NCBI RefSeq assembly: GCF_001194135.2
Contig: NC_068983.1
Location: forward strand, 160,716,109 to 160,751,124
From: Octopus bimaculoides
Lineage: Eukaryota
DNA length: 35,016 bases
Reading direction: 5' to 3'
Part shown: positions 11,790-24,391 of the stretch, piece by piece
Layout of the letters: each line of letters starts with the position of its first letter
How positions within the stretch are numbered: the first letter of the stretch is position 1
Program-made: the position numbers and the translations under genes
The notes under the pieces: generated by a model
Told to the model about the DNA's origin: nothing
What the model saw: the letters and a program-made list of their open reading frames with translations, nothing else
The model's database searches: none

Positions 11790-12480
11790 CCGAGAAACAA
11801 TCTTGGCGAAAACACATCCTTGACAAGGAACGCATCTCAACGACTAGCTCTTCTCTCCAGAGCCAGAAGATATTGTATATATTACGACGCTCTAGCGTGT
11901 CCCACAATCTGATATTGCTCCCACCTTTAGCACAGTTCTGCTGTCGCATAAACAGATGTTTTCCACCCGACTGATTAACATTATGTCATTCACGGACACG
12001 CTTCAAATTTTGAGCCACATGCATGTTGTCCCTTCCTTCTGCTTTTAATTTCTTCTTTTTTTTGCCGCTGTTATAATGGCCTTTGTGGAGGTGCGTGGCT
12101 TAGTGGTTGGGGTGTCGCACTTCTGATAGTAAGGTTGTAGTTTCGATTCTTGGACTAGATGAACTGTGTTCTTGAACAAAACACTTAATTTTATGTTTTC
12201 AGTCCACTCATCTATGAAAAATGAGTATTCCTGTGATGGACCGCAGTCTCGTTCAAGGGGGAATACATATGCCACAGAATCCGAGAAACCGGGTTCATGA
12301 ACCAATGGTTCAAGAAAGACCTTTGATCCTTTTCGATTAAGGCCTTTGCCTCTCAAATCTGGATGAACTTACTCTTGCTACTTCCACCCAGGCATTTTTG
12401 TTCCATTCGCCTCTTCTCCCTTCGTCCAGGTTATGCTCAATGCCTCAGATCTTGCACTAATCCGAACGTCGGCCCTCTCA
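11790..12480 (+). pseudogene. CR1/Jockey-group LINE C-terminal remnant interrupted by a SINE
   Basis: Frameshifted WRKHI / ASQRLALLSRARRY / PTI*YCSHL* at ~11800-11935 resembles the post-RT W..HI...A.QRL..L...RP.LEYCS..W region; weaker continuation after 12345. Confidence 0.45.
12085..12325 (+). mobile_element. tRNA-derived SINE, local family C
   Basis: A box TGGCTTAGTGG, B-box-like GTTTCGATTCTT, then TGTGTTCTTGAACAAAACACTTAA (CORE-like). Confidence 0.75.
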
Positions 12481-12683
12481 AATTCCCTCACGGCTAATAT
12501 CCTACCGGCAGAAACATTAAAGGTATGAATCACACCGGTCTAAGGAGGTCTACAACGACCATGAGCAGTTTCTTTCACCAGATCCAGAAAGTGAAAATAA
12601 AATTAATTTAATTAAAATGTGATAATCTGAAATGAATTCATAAAATCAGATATTTTGATATGGACGATGAATTTGTTAAATTA

Positions 12684-13140
12684 CAAGGTGTTCGGGTCAA
12701 ATTTGACTAATTTTTATGTCTCTTTTTTTTTTAGGAACACCTGTATGAATTGGTGAACAGTCGATAGCATTGGTGAACAGTCGATAGCATTGGTGAGCGT
12801 AAAAATTAGAATTGTAATTGAGAGACAGTTAGTTGACATAGAGGACTGGAAGCCATCTGAAGATGAGAAAAGAGTTACTTGTATCAGGATGATTCGTGCC
12901 GGATATCAAAATGGCGACATCGTAACTGCAGCTCAATGGTCTGTGAACACTGTAAAGGCTTTCCTACAATCTATGTAATGTCCCAAGTATCAAGAAAACC
13001 AAGTTCCCTCAAACTATGAAGGTCTTTGGGTGTGTTTCCAGTGAAGGTGACGTCATACCATCCCACATCTTTGAACAGGGACTTGGGCTCAATTCAAACG
13101 GATAAGTGAAACTGTAGCGAAGTTCTGGCTGAAAAGGACT
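12684..13140 (+). mobile_element. Internally deleted Tc1/mariner-superfamily relic (possibly DD37D/maT-type)
   Basis: TA|CAAGGTG left end; HTH-like KPSEDEKRVTCIRMIRAGYQNGDIVTAAQWSVNTV; later KFPQTMKVFGCVSSEGDVIPSHIFEQGLGLNS; right TIR not found; subfamily is inference. Confidence 0.7.
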
Positions 13141-14289
13141 GCTGATAGAGCGTTTCTTTATAGCTAGATTGTTTCCTTTTGGCAATATAGATTTGCCGTT
13201 TGCTGAATTGATTAACCTTCTATATCAATATATAAGAATATTACTTTTGAATAAATAAATTGTTCAGGGTAGATAACTTTTAAGAAGAGTTGTCTCCCTT
13301 AACATTACAAACCCATTTCTATAAATCACAGACATTAAATTTATAAGTTTACTTTGTCACAAACTACTTTTATTGACAAAATTCAAATACGTTGAACTTT
13401 TATTCTGAAAAGCTAGATACATTGGGGTGGATAACTAAGTCAGCTCCCTGACAGTATAAGTAAAAGTATTATCCTAATTTTACGGAATGCAGAAGGCTGT
13501 TTTTGCTTGGCGTGTATATTAGAAATTTTCCTGTCACCGACACAACTATATCATTTATATACAACTGCTTTTTTTTTTCTTTTCTGTTATTTGCTGTTTT
13601 TAATAGTGATGAGATTCTGGTTAATACTGCTATCGACACCTATCAGCGTTGGGTTATAGCTGGACTGTGTTCAGGATTAAGGATATTAGTTACGTCAAAG
13701 AATTTGAATTTCCGATTCATTTATTAGGATTTCCGATCAACTGGTGTCAACTGGAAGAACATTCTCCTCCATGATCGTTTCATTAACAAAAACTTTACAT
13801 AAGAATTCGAAGGGAAAATATGCGAATTATAAAGTTTTTGAAAAATAGTAAGGTTCAAGATTGATTAGAATAGTTGTTTGTCAACGTCTAACGTAGGAGA
13901 ATGGCGAATGAGTGAGGCATGAGATGAGGAAAACCTAAGATTTCTTACTCTGAAATAAACTGAAACCTTCAACAAAATTCATTTATAAATAACAACTGTT
14001 TCAAAATAGCACCTCTTTGCGTGCGCGTATGTGTGTGACAGAGAGAGAGGAGGTGGGGGCTAATATCGTCAGTGGGCTAGGAAGCTGTACATCTAGTATG
14101 GATTGGACTGTGAAAGTGTGATAGCCATGCGTATCCAGACAAACTATTAATATTCAGCTATTTTGTGTCTGTATGTGTCTGTTCCGTATGCTTATCCAGT
14201 CTATGCGGAAGAAATAGCATCCTTAATTTCTTAGGATTTTCTTGGTGTTTTAAGGAGCCACTGAATATTGTATGCGTAAATCGATGGAG

Positions 14290-14370
14290 AGGAATGGAGT
14301 TGAAAGATTTGCTGATGTCGATGGTAGAATAAAATGGTGTCTGTAATTTTATTGTTGTGTCTCTCTGCAT
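14290..14370 (-). pseudogene. Possible LINE RT motif remnant
   Basis: QTPFYSTIDISKSFNSI resembles Q.PLY..F(I/L)D.SKAFDS(I/V); co-oriented with the LINE at 15000-16224. Confidence 0.4.
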
Positions 14371-14519
14371 AAGAAATGTATGTTTTGATTTGGAGTCAGA
14401 GATATTTTAGAAATGTCTGATGGTATGCACAGCTAGTTGATAGGCTTGTATGGTGTGACTTGACTTGGGTTATGGTTGTACTTGAGAATTATTACAACTT
14501 TGCACAACTTTCAGGTTTT

Positions 14520-14593
14520 GGGCCATATTGACCATATTGGGCCATATTTGGGCCATATTGAGCCATATTGACCATATTGACCATATTTGGGCA
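14520..14593. repeat. Minisatellite, seven CCATATT-core units of 9-11 bp
   Basis: Cores at 14523, 14532, 14542, 14553, 14563, 14572, 14581. Confidence 0.9.
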
Positions 14594-14999
14594 TGTTTGT
14601 ATGTGTAGATCAGTCCAATTATGCCATGTCTACGCTAAGCTGAGAACCATACTGCACAATACAGCATACAATGGTAAATAAAACGGGAAGCGGTGTGACA
14701 GTCTGAAATTGCATTTGCTTCGACATCCAGTATATTAGTGTGCACCTGGAAGTTGTGTTCACAGCGGAGATAGGAAGATAGATTCGATCAGATAGATTCG
14801 ATCAGAACGTTTCTATTGCTGTCCATCTACAACATTACTAGTGGTGTAATCCTAGTTACTGTATCTGGGGCCAATGAGACTCCAAATTCTATAACTAGTA
14901 TGTATACCACAAACCATATTGTAAATGGACACTGTAACTTGGATGCATGCGACCAGTTGTTGCAGTTATTTCTACGTATTTGCGTTTTTTATGATTGTG

Positions 15000-16224
15000 A
15001 AAGCTGACCGAGAAACTCGATGCTTTTAGAATACTGCAGTAATGTATATGTCAAAGTGTTTGGTGACGGTTTTTCATGTAGTAACGGGGACCACAAAGAT
15101 TGAAGCTTGTTATGACAACAAGCTGTGTACACTGAATATCCAGGTAATCTTTCGTTGCCGGTATTTTTGTTTCGTTGAGTAGGTGGTCTTGTTATGTAAC
15201 ATAATGTGACCGTTATCTCTGCTATGATGCATGGTTTGCTGTTTTGTGGTATTTGTAATTTATAGCGGAGAGTTTAGGGTTTGGATAGGACTCACATAAT
15301 TCACGTTAGATCTATATCTGTACACTAATGATGCTGTTTCTCTCTGTTGGCCAACTGTGGTGTACGTGGTTACCCCAAGTAGGCCAGTGCGTTGTTTTAC
15401 TTTCACCCCTTTTCTGTGTTGTAAATGTTGAGTTGTATGTAGTTCTTGGAATTTATATCTTTCGTGGTGCGCGCGCGTGTATTGTACATCTATGTTGTTG
15501 GATGTGAAGCTTGGTTATCCTCTAACGTTGATGGGAAAACAGAGAATTTACAGATGCTACTTTAAATATGTTGTTGTGAAGCGCTGTTTCTTCGTGATTC
15601 AGTTAGGGGCCAGGCCTGGAAGCCAGACAAGTAGTTTGCTATCAGCGTATTCTATTGTTTCTTAAGTTAATGCGGAATATTTTTTGTATACGTAGATAAG
15701 AGCATCCCAGTTACCAACTTAACTGGTTTTTGAGTTCTGGTCGTTTCGTTTAGGAACTACTGTGAAGGTAATCTTTGCTTGGAACATGTGGTGGTCCGTA
15801 CTGCAGTTTTCCCTCTCATCTTTCATGAAATATATACATCCACCTCTGAACGCTGTCTAATCATTATGCAGTCTAGGAGATGCCAGTATTTTCAGCAAAG
15901 ATACAGCCAATCCAAGTTACTTTATGTTTTTATTCTACTTGAAGTCGGTGCTGATGACGATGAAGAAATGATCGTAGCACAAAGTGAGATCTTTCCCATT
16001 TGTGAGTCTTCTTCCCACGGCATCAGGCTGCTTTTCGGTGTCTTGCTAGACGCAGACATTGAAATCACCCAGTATTAGCTTGTATTTCTGGAATACACTG
16101 CAATCTTTGACATACCAGTCGACGATCGATGTAGTTGACATTATTTTATAGAGCTCCTTGCAAAAGATTTAAGTGCTAAAAGCTTCCACAATTGCCAGTA
16201 GCATCTGTGAGATGAGCTGCATCG
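15000..16224 (-). pseudogene. Old RTE/BovB-type LINE: AP-endonuclease remnant plus decayed linker
   Basis: KLILGDFNVCV (~16050-16085), KYWHLLDCIMIRQR, MRG.NCSTDHHMFQAKI (~15770-15820); many stops and frameshifts; lower boundary uncertain. Confidence 0.8.
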
Positions 16225-17389
16225 AAAAAAAAAAACACAGTTAATTTTTAATAATGAGAAGACTTCAGTTGGCATTTATTCATTAACCAACTCTATCACA
16301 GCATTGTTGTTCTTGCTGTTGCTTTTGTCTTTTGTTTGAAAATTGAAATCTTGACTATTCTATCGATTTGGTGTTCTTTTGAGTGAAGAAAAATCCCCAA
16401 AAGGGCATCAACTGATTTCTTGTCGTATACAGTAGAAATAGAGATAGACCTGGGTTCCGTATGAAAGATATGGAAAATGTACAATGCACACTCGTTCATA
16501 TTTACCTTATCATAACGCGATTTATAAGTAAAGCGACTAAACTATGACTATGGACTTAGCACCCTGCTGAGAAATAAACAAAACCAATTGATAACTCAAC
16601 GGAATGTCCGACACCCTGCTCTCGTAGCCAGCTATAAGCTTCATTTCATGAATATTATGTGAAGTATTTCAATAAGACTAAGGACAAGCGATAAATTCTT
16701 TGAAAGCTGCAGATATAGACATTTGAACTAAGTGTTTTAGATATTGAGGTTTTAGTGTCACGACTTTTGTTAGTTTGCAAACGGTGTCATATGTTTGTTT
16801 AATGAAATATGGCAATAATGAATAACTGTCATACAGGAAAGCATAGAACAAGGTTTGTGTGTTTTTTTTTTCTAGTTATTTCTAAGAAGTCATATCCAAA
16901 CTCTCAAAATTTCAAAATAGATATTAATAACTGCACTTGAGATATTTCAGAGAATGTTAACGACTGATGATACCCAAACACAAGAACGTGAATAAATATA
17001 ACCAAAATCGTAGACATTAAGAGCGGGGGGGGGGGACAAATAGATAGGAGACAAGGAATACACTAAAATAACTATATGAATTCGATATTTATTATATTTT
17101 GTTCGTTACTGTTTATCTTTTCATTAAAGCAATGAGAGAAGAGCATATGTAATTGTTGTTTATGTACATACACATGAAAATGTCGAAACAGCAGCTAGCT
17201 ATTGAGACTCTATACAGAACAAAGAACCTTTTCGTTCAAATCAACAAGAGCTGAATTTGAACAGTTCGCATCACTCTGCATAATCTTAACGCCCTCCGTA
17301 AACTTCATAAAGCCCTTCAATTACCTAGTCCTGGACAATTGACAAAGCCATTATCACAATTCAGTTTCTAATGTAATCAAACAGGGTCC

Positions 17390-17395
<6 letters not shown>

Positions 17396-17444
<49 letters not shown>
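17396..17444. repeat. (CT)n microsatellite
   Basis: Direct reading. Confidence 0.95.
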
Positions 17445-17447
<3 letters not shown>

Positions 17448-17829
17448 TTTCTTTCTTCGTCTTTTTGCTTCTCCGAATCGGCGCAGCACAAGTCAATGAA
17501 TATATCCAGATTTATAATGTTCCATCCCTCTCTGAGTGGCGCCAATCTGTTCTTTGAAAGTCTTCTGTCGATTGAAAACGTCCGTCTGTGTTTCGCTACT
17601 AAGGTCATTACGTGTATCCCACTCACGTTAATTGCTGGCTTTGTAGGAATTTCTCTATTCTTAAGGGCTGCACTAGTGATTGCCAGAATTCGGTGCACTG
17701 ACATTCCTCCTACCCTGAACTTTAAAATTTCAACATCTCTTTGTTTGCTTCTTTCTTTCTTTCTTTTCATTGATAAAGATTTTTTCCACTTATCTCAGTA
17801 TTTCGCACGATTTGCGCCTTTTTACGCAG

Positions 17830-17874
17830 GCATTCCTTTACTCACTGTCCGTGTGTTCGTTAATTTCTTCAATG
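17830..17874 (+). other. Candidate 45-nt exon (unverified)
   Basis: TTTTTACGCAG acceptor and G|GTAAGT donor; length divisible by 3; two frames open (AFLYSLSVCSLISSM, IPLLTVRVFVNFFN); no homology recognised. Confidence 0.25.
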
Positions 17875-18155
17875 GTAAGTTAACTCAGGGAACTAAAGTT
17901 AGTTTTAGAAAGTATACCGCCCTCCAAACATCTAATATTTCAAAGATCAAACAAACTGGAAGAGAAAAATTATTTGTGCTGCTCTTAGGCTATTTTTATA
18001 CTGCCACTAGTGCTCCAAGTAATCCAAATGGATGAAGCCGGAATCTGGTAGCAAGTGGCTGATTCAAAAGATTTCATGTCCTTTGTAGGCCTTCCCAAAC
18101 TGATAAAATCGTTTCAGTTGATATCTGTTTTGAATATCTACACAGATGAGGAGAT

Positions 18156-18900
18156 ATAAATGAGCCATGGTCATTTATGACGTTTATCCAACGTTTCTCT
18201 ATGTTATATATTCCATCTTTAAAAGAAAATTCATCTTTTGCTGTGATAAACTGTCCGAGTGCTTCAGTTACTTCTTCTCTAGTTAAGAATGTTTTATTGC
18301 TTATGAAAAGCTCAAAATGCTTAAATAAATGATGATCGGCAGGAGAGATATCAGATAAATAGGAAGGATGTTGCAAAATCTCATAATTCAGGTTTGCAAC
18401 TTTTGGACGTAGCTTGAGGAGTGTGAGGATGTGCATAGTCGTGGAGTAAAATTGGACCATATGTATTCACTAGTCTGGGTTGCTTCTTTTCCAAATTCAA
18501 TACGATGTTGTTGTTAACGTTTTTCCTTGTTGCAAAAATGAATAATGAATAACTCGCTTCGCAGACCACCATACAGTAACCACTATGTTTTTAGGGTGCA
18601 GTGGTGGGTTCGGGTAGTGTTTAGGTGACTTTCCTGCATGTAATCACTGTCCTGTTCTGCTGTTGTCAAGGAGTATCTATTTCTCATTACAAGTAATGAT
18701 TTGATGCAAAAATGGTCTTTTTACAGTTGAGAAAGCAATAAGGTGCACACTTCGAGGCCTCTCGTTTTTTTTAATCTTGTTCAGTTGATGTGGAACAAAT
18801 CTATCTGTTTTCTTGACTTCTCCAATTTTTTACAGGTGTCCAAAAACAGTTGTGCGAGATGTTTGGAGTTCTGATGAAAGATTTCGAACCTTTGTTCTCG
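18156..18900 (-). pseudogene. mariner transposase pseudogene
   Basis: FVPHQL (WVPHEL-like), PFLHQIITCNEK* (first catalytic D changed to N), LHPKNIVVTVWWS, ILLHDYAHPH, HPSYLSDISPADHHLFKH, RWINVINDHGSF; stops and frameshifts. Confidence 0.92.
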
Positions 18901-19235
18901 TTTATATAAATTTATATATTTACTTCGTCATTATATTTACTGCGGTGATATTTCTGACCATATCGCACGAAGAGTTTTTAGGCGGGCAATTTAAACTGGT
19001 CGTGTGCATACGTGCATATATATGTATGTCTGCGTTCGTATATGTAAGTATATCGTATGTTGTATATATATATTTATACTTATGTGCTTTTCTGATGAAG
19101 CAAAGCATTTCTTATGCAGAGCCAGAAATCCGGGATCTGGAATTATCCAGTAATTTTTGCTTGTTTATTTTGTCTCTTTGTCTTCTCTCCTAGTGCTATA
19201 TGAACTTTTACTGTGGTTTTAGAGTCAAGCTTTTG

Positions 19236-19850
19236 ACAGTTGTCATATTTCAAACAGCTTACAAGGACGCTGCCGAGAGTAAAACACAAGTTTATGAGTG
19301 GTTTCCACGCTTTAGGAATGGTCACTTGTCGCTTGAAGACCAATCTCGTTCAGGACGACCGTCGACCTCCTAAACGAATGAAAACATCATGAAAATTCAT
19401 AAACCCATCTTGGAGGACTGTCACTGAACAATTGACGAACTAGTTATAACTAGTGTGTCCTGGAGCTCCTGCCACAGAATTTTTAGCGAGGAATTGCGAT
19501 TGAAAAGAAAGAGCTGCAGCAAAATTTGTACCTGTCTTGCTCGCGGAAGATCAAAAGCACTCACGACTGAATGCATGCCGTGAACTGAAAGAACAGTTGG
19601 AAGTTGATCCGGACCTTTTTGCGAAGGTCATCACTAGTGAGGAAAGTTGGTGCTACGAAATTTGTAAATCTGGAAGAGATGAAGAAAAAAAAAAAGAAAC
19701 GACAGATGCGTTAAAAGGCATTACTTCGCAAATGGAAAACGAACCTGAACAGATGCATTGCTTCAAATGGTGAATACTTTGACGGCAATAAAAGTGTAAA
19801 CATGTAAAACTAAGTGAATGAAATAATATTGCAAAATTCTGGTTTCCTTG
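19236..19850 (+). mobile_element. mariner (irritans-like) deletion derivative, 5'-truncated
   Basis: VYEWFPRFRNGHLSLEDQSRSGRPS, AKFVP, VITSEESWCY, then a jump to the C-terminal RCIASNGEYFDGNK. Confidence 0.9.
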
Positions 19851-19944
19851 TATAAGTACAGATGATAAATCTTATGACCTAAATCTTGGAAATCGTAACT
19901 TCCTTATTTGTACTGTTTCCGAAACAGAACAAATTCCTAAAAGC

Positions 19945-20020
19945 AGTGATGTATAAGATGAGTAGTGATGTATAAGATGAGCGGTGGTGTATAAGATGAG
20001 CGGTGGTGTATAAGACGAGC
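19945..20020. repeat. 19-bp minisatellite, four units
   Basis: AGTGATGTATAAGATGAGT / AGTGATGTATAAGATGAGC / GGTGGTGTATAAGATGAGC / GGTGGTGTATAAGACGAGC. Confidence 0.95.
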
Positions 20021-20407
20021 GGGTAATCGTTAACATTCAGATTGGAAAATTTGAATTAACAACCTGCTGAATCAAGCGGAATTGGTATGAAGAAATTATT
20101 GATAACTCCCTGTATCATATTGTAGCTTTAGTTAATAAGATAAATGTTCATATGACAAACAGTTTAGAAATATCACTGTGGCAGCTAGAAACATTACATA
20201 ATAATAATAAGAGTAATATAAAGGACATCGGACTAGAGTGCCCAGTAGAACTGTTACGAAAGGTTTGCTTCCTTGCCACGGCCAGAATAATCAGGAAAGT
20301 ATTAAACAGTTGAAAAGAACAGATTGCATGGTACCATAGGCTGCAGATAGTAGACCTCTTACGCATGCAAGAATCCAGGAGTTCCAACAAAACCCGAGAT
20401 AAAAAGA

Positions 20408-20539
20408 AATAATAATAATAATCTTTTCTACTATAGGCACAAGGCCTGAAATTTCGGGGGAGGGGACTAGTTGGTTACATCGACCCCAGTGCTCAACTGG
20501 TACCCATTTTATCGACCTCAAACGGATGAAGGGCAAGGT
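20408..20539 (-). mobile_element. SINE family A, 3' half with (ATT)n tail
   Basis: CTTTTCTACTATAGGCACAAGGCCTGAAATTT...ATCGACCCCAGTGCTCAACTGGTAC. Confidence 0.85.
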
Positions 20540-20837
20540 GCGTCACAGATTGGGAAGAGCATTGTTGCTGTGAATTTTCTTTGCTTTCCCCGCTTTTTCA
20601 TTGTATTCTTTTTTCTTTTTCTATTAAAAATTTTTTTTCCTATTTCCCCTTTTTTTCCTTTTTTCGTTTTTTTTTCTGTCACAGATATTGACTTTATAAA
20701 TGGATAAGCTTGTACGTTTATTTTAATGGCCTATCAATGTATACAGTGAACTCCTTTGCCCTAAGTGTCGGGAAGACACTCGGCAAGAAATGGAAACAAA
20801 ACTGAAAGAAGAAGAAAAATAATGAGAATAACAAGAT

Positions 20838-21239
20838 GGGCTACTGCAAATATTCCGTTCAATACCACAGATTTGCTTTTCGATTGCTTGGCCGTAACCA
20901 GTTGAGCATATCCCTTAGTGGCTGACGATATGTGCGTCCTTGCTCACGAGCCGGAAGAGTGGGGAGCCATGTGATGAGAGGGATTCTTTGGGTTTGACAT
21001 GGCTGTTTCACCCATCATCCCTAAACAACCCTTATCCAGGAACGTTTTGAGCGGGATGTGCAACTAGACCTGTAAAAAAAAGCTCTAACTGGACCCCACC
21101 TGCAAGGTCATGCGCTGTTTATCTTGATATTGAGGTCACTGTGTCGCACACATATGCTTGTGATAAATGTACCTCGTGTACCCTTATGGTGAGTATATTG
21201 GGCTTCGTTACTTTGATGGTGTGTGCTGCTCTTTCACTC

Positions 21240-21289
<50 letters not shown>

Positions 21290-21298
21290 TAATAATTA
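20838..21298 (+). mobile_element. Retroposon (SINE or LINE 3' end) with long (AAT)n tail
   Basis: GC-richer body ending CTCTTTCACTC followed by (AAT)n at 21240-21297; family not assigned. Confidence 0.65.
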
Positions 21299-22323
21299 TT
21301 AAATAAGTAAATAAATAACAATCTTTACATTCGACATAATTATTAGCATTCCTTGTATTAGGCCGCAGGGTTTTAATTCAGATTTCTCCCTTCACAGCTA
21401 TAAAATATGACTGCAAAACTAGTTTATGCTTTCATTAAATATACGATATGGCGATCTTAGCAAACACATGGTCGAAATTTAGGTTAGTGATGTAATGACG
21501 AATAAAGTAGGTAAATCATGTTGGAGGTGTTCTCATTTTAGGTGAACTTTCAACAGAAGAGCATCGTCTGGTGGATTCGTTTCTCAATGAAAGATATATA
21601 AATAGGACGAAATCAATTTTCTTGGTAAAAAGAAATGTTAATGTGGAATTGTTTAATGGGTAGCGAAATGTCTCTAAATTCAAAGAAGGTGAGTGTCTGC
21701 AGATGGAAGGTTCTCAGGAAAGAAAAAAAATCGATAGGAATATCATACCTATATATTTCTATATGGTTTTAAATGACAGGAAGAAACAGCCAAAATTGAA
21801 TTTCTCAGTTAATATCTTCCTTTCTTGTTATATATTTTAATTGTTATTCATTTTCTCAGCCACTATTTCCTGCATTAATAGCAATTTCCTGACATCTTTC
21901 TTGTCTTCAGTGATAAAACTGTGGCTAAAAATAAAATTAAAATTAAACGGACAGAAGAAAATGAAATTATCAATTAAGTAACAAATTTATTTTCCCCACA
22001 GGTAGATGATTTCAGCGCCAGGAATAAATGCCATCTTCTTTGGAATGGTGCTAACAAATAATAGCATCATTATGCGATCTAGAAAAAGTGGACCATTATT
22101 ATTAGAGTTCGCGTTTGTTTATATTTTTATTGTGCCCTTGTTTTTTGTTTTTTTTCTCTCTCTCAAGAAGTGGGAAAGGAAAAGGGAGAATGATAATTAG
22201 ACAAATATATTTTTATCTTCGTGGAGCTAATTTAGATATTGTAACAAACCATTCCTGTAGGGTTTTCTGTAGACTAGAATATAAACACGTTTTTCTCATA
22301 GTTTTTCTCAATCTCCATAGAAA

Positions 22324-22433
22324 GTGTGCGTGTGCGTGTGTGTGTGTATGTGCGTGTGTATGTTTATGTATGTATATATGTGTGTATATATATATATACA
22401 AACATACATACATATATATATATATATGAAAAC

Positions 22434-22489
<56 letters not shown>

Positions 22490-22517
22490 TCACACACACA
22501 CACACGCATATATATAA
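22324..22517. repeat. Compound GT/AT/CA microsatellite
   Basis: Direct reading. Confidence 0.95.
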
Positions 22518-22770
22518 GTAAATTATTTATATCATATCGGGAATATTAACCTTAAACATTTGTGTGTTAATGTATGCAAACTTCACCTGCAGTGGCTTTA
22601 CACTAAAGAGGGGGGGGGGCTTATAAAGGGCCCAGTTATTTTATGACACCTAAACATTATTTTACTACAAAAATTTAGAAGTGAGATTTTATTAGTCATT
22701 GCTGTAGAAGTTAACATTTAAGAGGGCCACACGCACACACACACACACACACATACATATATGCACACAC

Positions 22771-22870
22771 ACGGCTTAGCGTTAGTTAGATGTTTGTTTT
22801 ACGATCATACGGTCCTGGGTTCGGTACCTGGAGAAAGCAGTGCATTGTGTCTTTGTGCAACGTACATCAG
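22771..22870 (+). mobile_element. Degenerate tRNA-derived SINE head (family C-like)
   Basis: GGCTTAGCGTTAG...GGGTTCGGTACC...GCATTGTGTCTTTGTGCAA. Confidence 0.35.
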
Positions 22871-23060
22871 TTTTGTTCGCTAAACCTCAAGTCAGTACCT
22901 ATGTTTTCAGATGTTCAATGTATATCTTAGGAATTTAGCAACATGGTGTTTTCTCTAGCGTTATAAAGCTAATTTTATTGATTTAGTGATATCTTCCAAA
23001 GCCATATCTAGTGATCCTATTGTAACAGGAATTACCATTACAGCTTTGTAGTTCCAAAGC

Positions 23061-23938
23061 TACGAGGGTGTACCCAAAACCCCACGGAATTTTGCAATAT
23101 TATTCATTCACTTAGTTTTACATGTTTACACTTTTATCGCCTTCAAAATATTCTCCATTTGAAGCAATGCATTTGTCCAGGCGCGTTTTCCACTATTCGA
23201 TTCAGTGCTGGAACTCTTGCGAAGTGATGCTCCTTAACGCCTCTGCTGTTTCTTCATCTGCAAATTCCATAGCACCAACTCTCGTCACCAGCGGTGACCT
23301 TCGCATAAAGGCCCGGATCAACTTCCAGCTGTTCTTTCAGTTCACGGCACGCATTCAGTCGTGACTACTTTTGATCTTCCGTGAGCAAACGAAGCATAAA
23401 TTTTGCTGCAACTCTTTTCCTTCGCAATTCCTCGCTAAAAATTCGTTGGCAGAAGCTCCAGGACACACTAGTTATGTCGACAAGTTCGTCAATTATTCAG
23501 TGATGGTCCTCCCAAGATCAGTTCATGAATTTTCATGATGTTTTCATTCGTTCGCCCTGAATGAGATTGGTCTTAAAGCAGCAGTAGCTATTCCTAAGGC
23601 ATGAAAACAACTCGTAAACGTGTTTTGCTCATGGCAGCGTCCTTGTAAAATGTTTAAAGCATGACAATTGTTTCGGCCGCCGTTTTCCCCAGCAGAAAAC
23701 AGAATTTCACGGAAACACGCTGTTCCTTCGTTTCAGTCATCGCAAAAATCGACAAACAGGGGAGAAGCACTGTAAAACAAAGACGTACCACGTGGTCGTA
23801 CGACCCTATCAGACGACGCTGGTCGGTAGACTGATGTTTTAGCGTCACAATCAAGTGGCTTCTAGCGGTGGAAGCCTGAACTACAATGAGCTTGTCCCAT
23901 AGAGAACGTTTTCGGTTACTTTTGGGTACGCCTTCGTA
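23061..23938 (-). mobile_element. Complete non-autonomous mariner (23063-23936) with TIRs and TA TSD
   Basis: TA|CGAGGGTGTACCCAAAA at left and TTTTGGGTACGCCTTCG|TA at right; minus strand MTETKEQRVSVKFCFLLGKTAAETIVML, GDESWCY and KCIASNGEYFEGDK; same family as 19236-19850. Confidence 0.95.
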
Positions 23939-24329
23939 TTTCAATTCCTTCTGTAGGTCTTGATATTTATCTATCTTCTCATTTACTCTTTTCTTCAATT
24001 TTTTTTCTAAGAAGCAGACTTCATCTGCTATTATTAAGTTTTAGTATATATCTTTCTAGCACAACGATATATGGTCATGGCTGTTCCAATTCTTTGTCGC
24101 AATTTTTATGTCTTATAAGTTTTTTGCCCGATCATTTTCAACAGCTTTCGTTGGCTCATGCATCTATTGTGAGCGGTGGATTGGAAGAACCGTTTGTGTC
24201 GGACAAAATTATGCGCAATATTTGTTCCGTTTCAAATCTCGTAACGGTCATCTTTGGCTTTTATCCTCCCAGTTTCGACTGCTCCTATTCCTCCAAGTTG
24301 CTTGACCTACTGTCTACGCTAGAAATGTT

Positions 24330-24332
<3 letters not shown>

Positions 24333-24389
<57 letters not shown>
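24333..24389. repeat. (CT)n microsatellite
   Basis: Direct reading. Confidence 0.95.

Positions 24390-24391
<2 letters not shown>

Noticed and set aside
13259-13305. Small palindrome AGGGTAGATAACT...AGTTGTCTCCCTT resembling the TIR motif of 27526-27945
   Set aside because: Too short, with no defined ends or TSD
16296-16499. 67-aa minus-strand ORF in non-repeat sequence
   Set aside because: No recognisable homology or convincing splice signals
18870-18895. CTGATGA...GAA hammerhead-like text (also 12858, 27709, 30083)
   Set aside because: Lack GAAA or stem II/III geometry; most lie inside transposase coding remnants
21985-22062. Strong-looking acceptor TTTCCCCACAG followed by VDDFSARNKCHLLWNGANK*
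   Set aside because: Short, no homology, no supporting neighbouring exon
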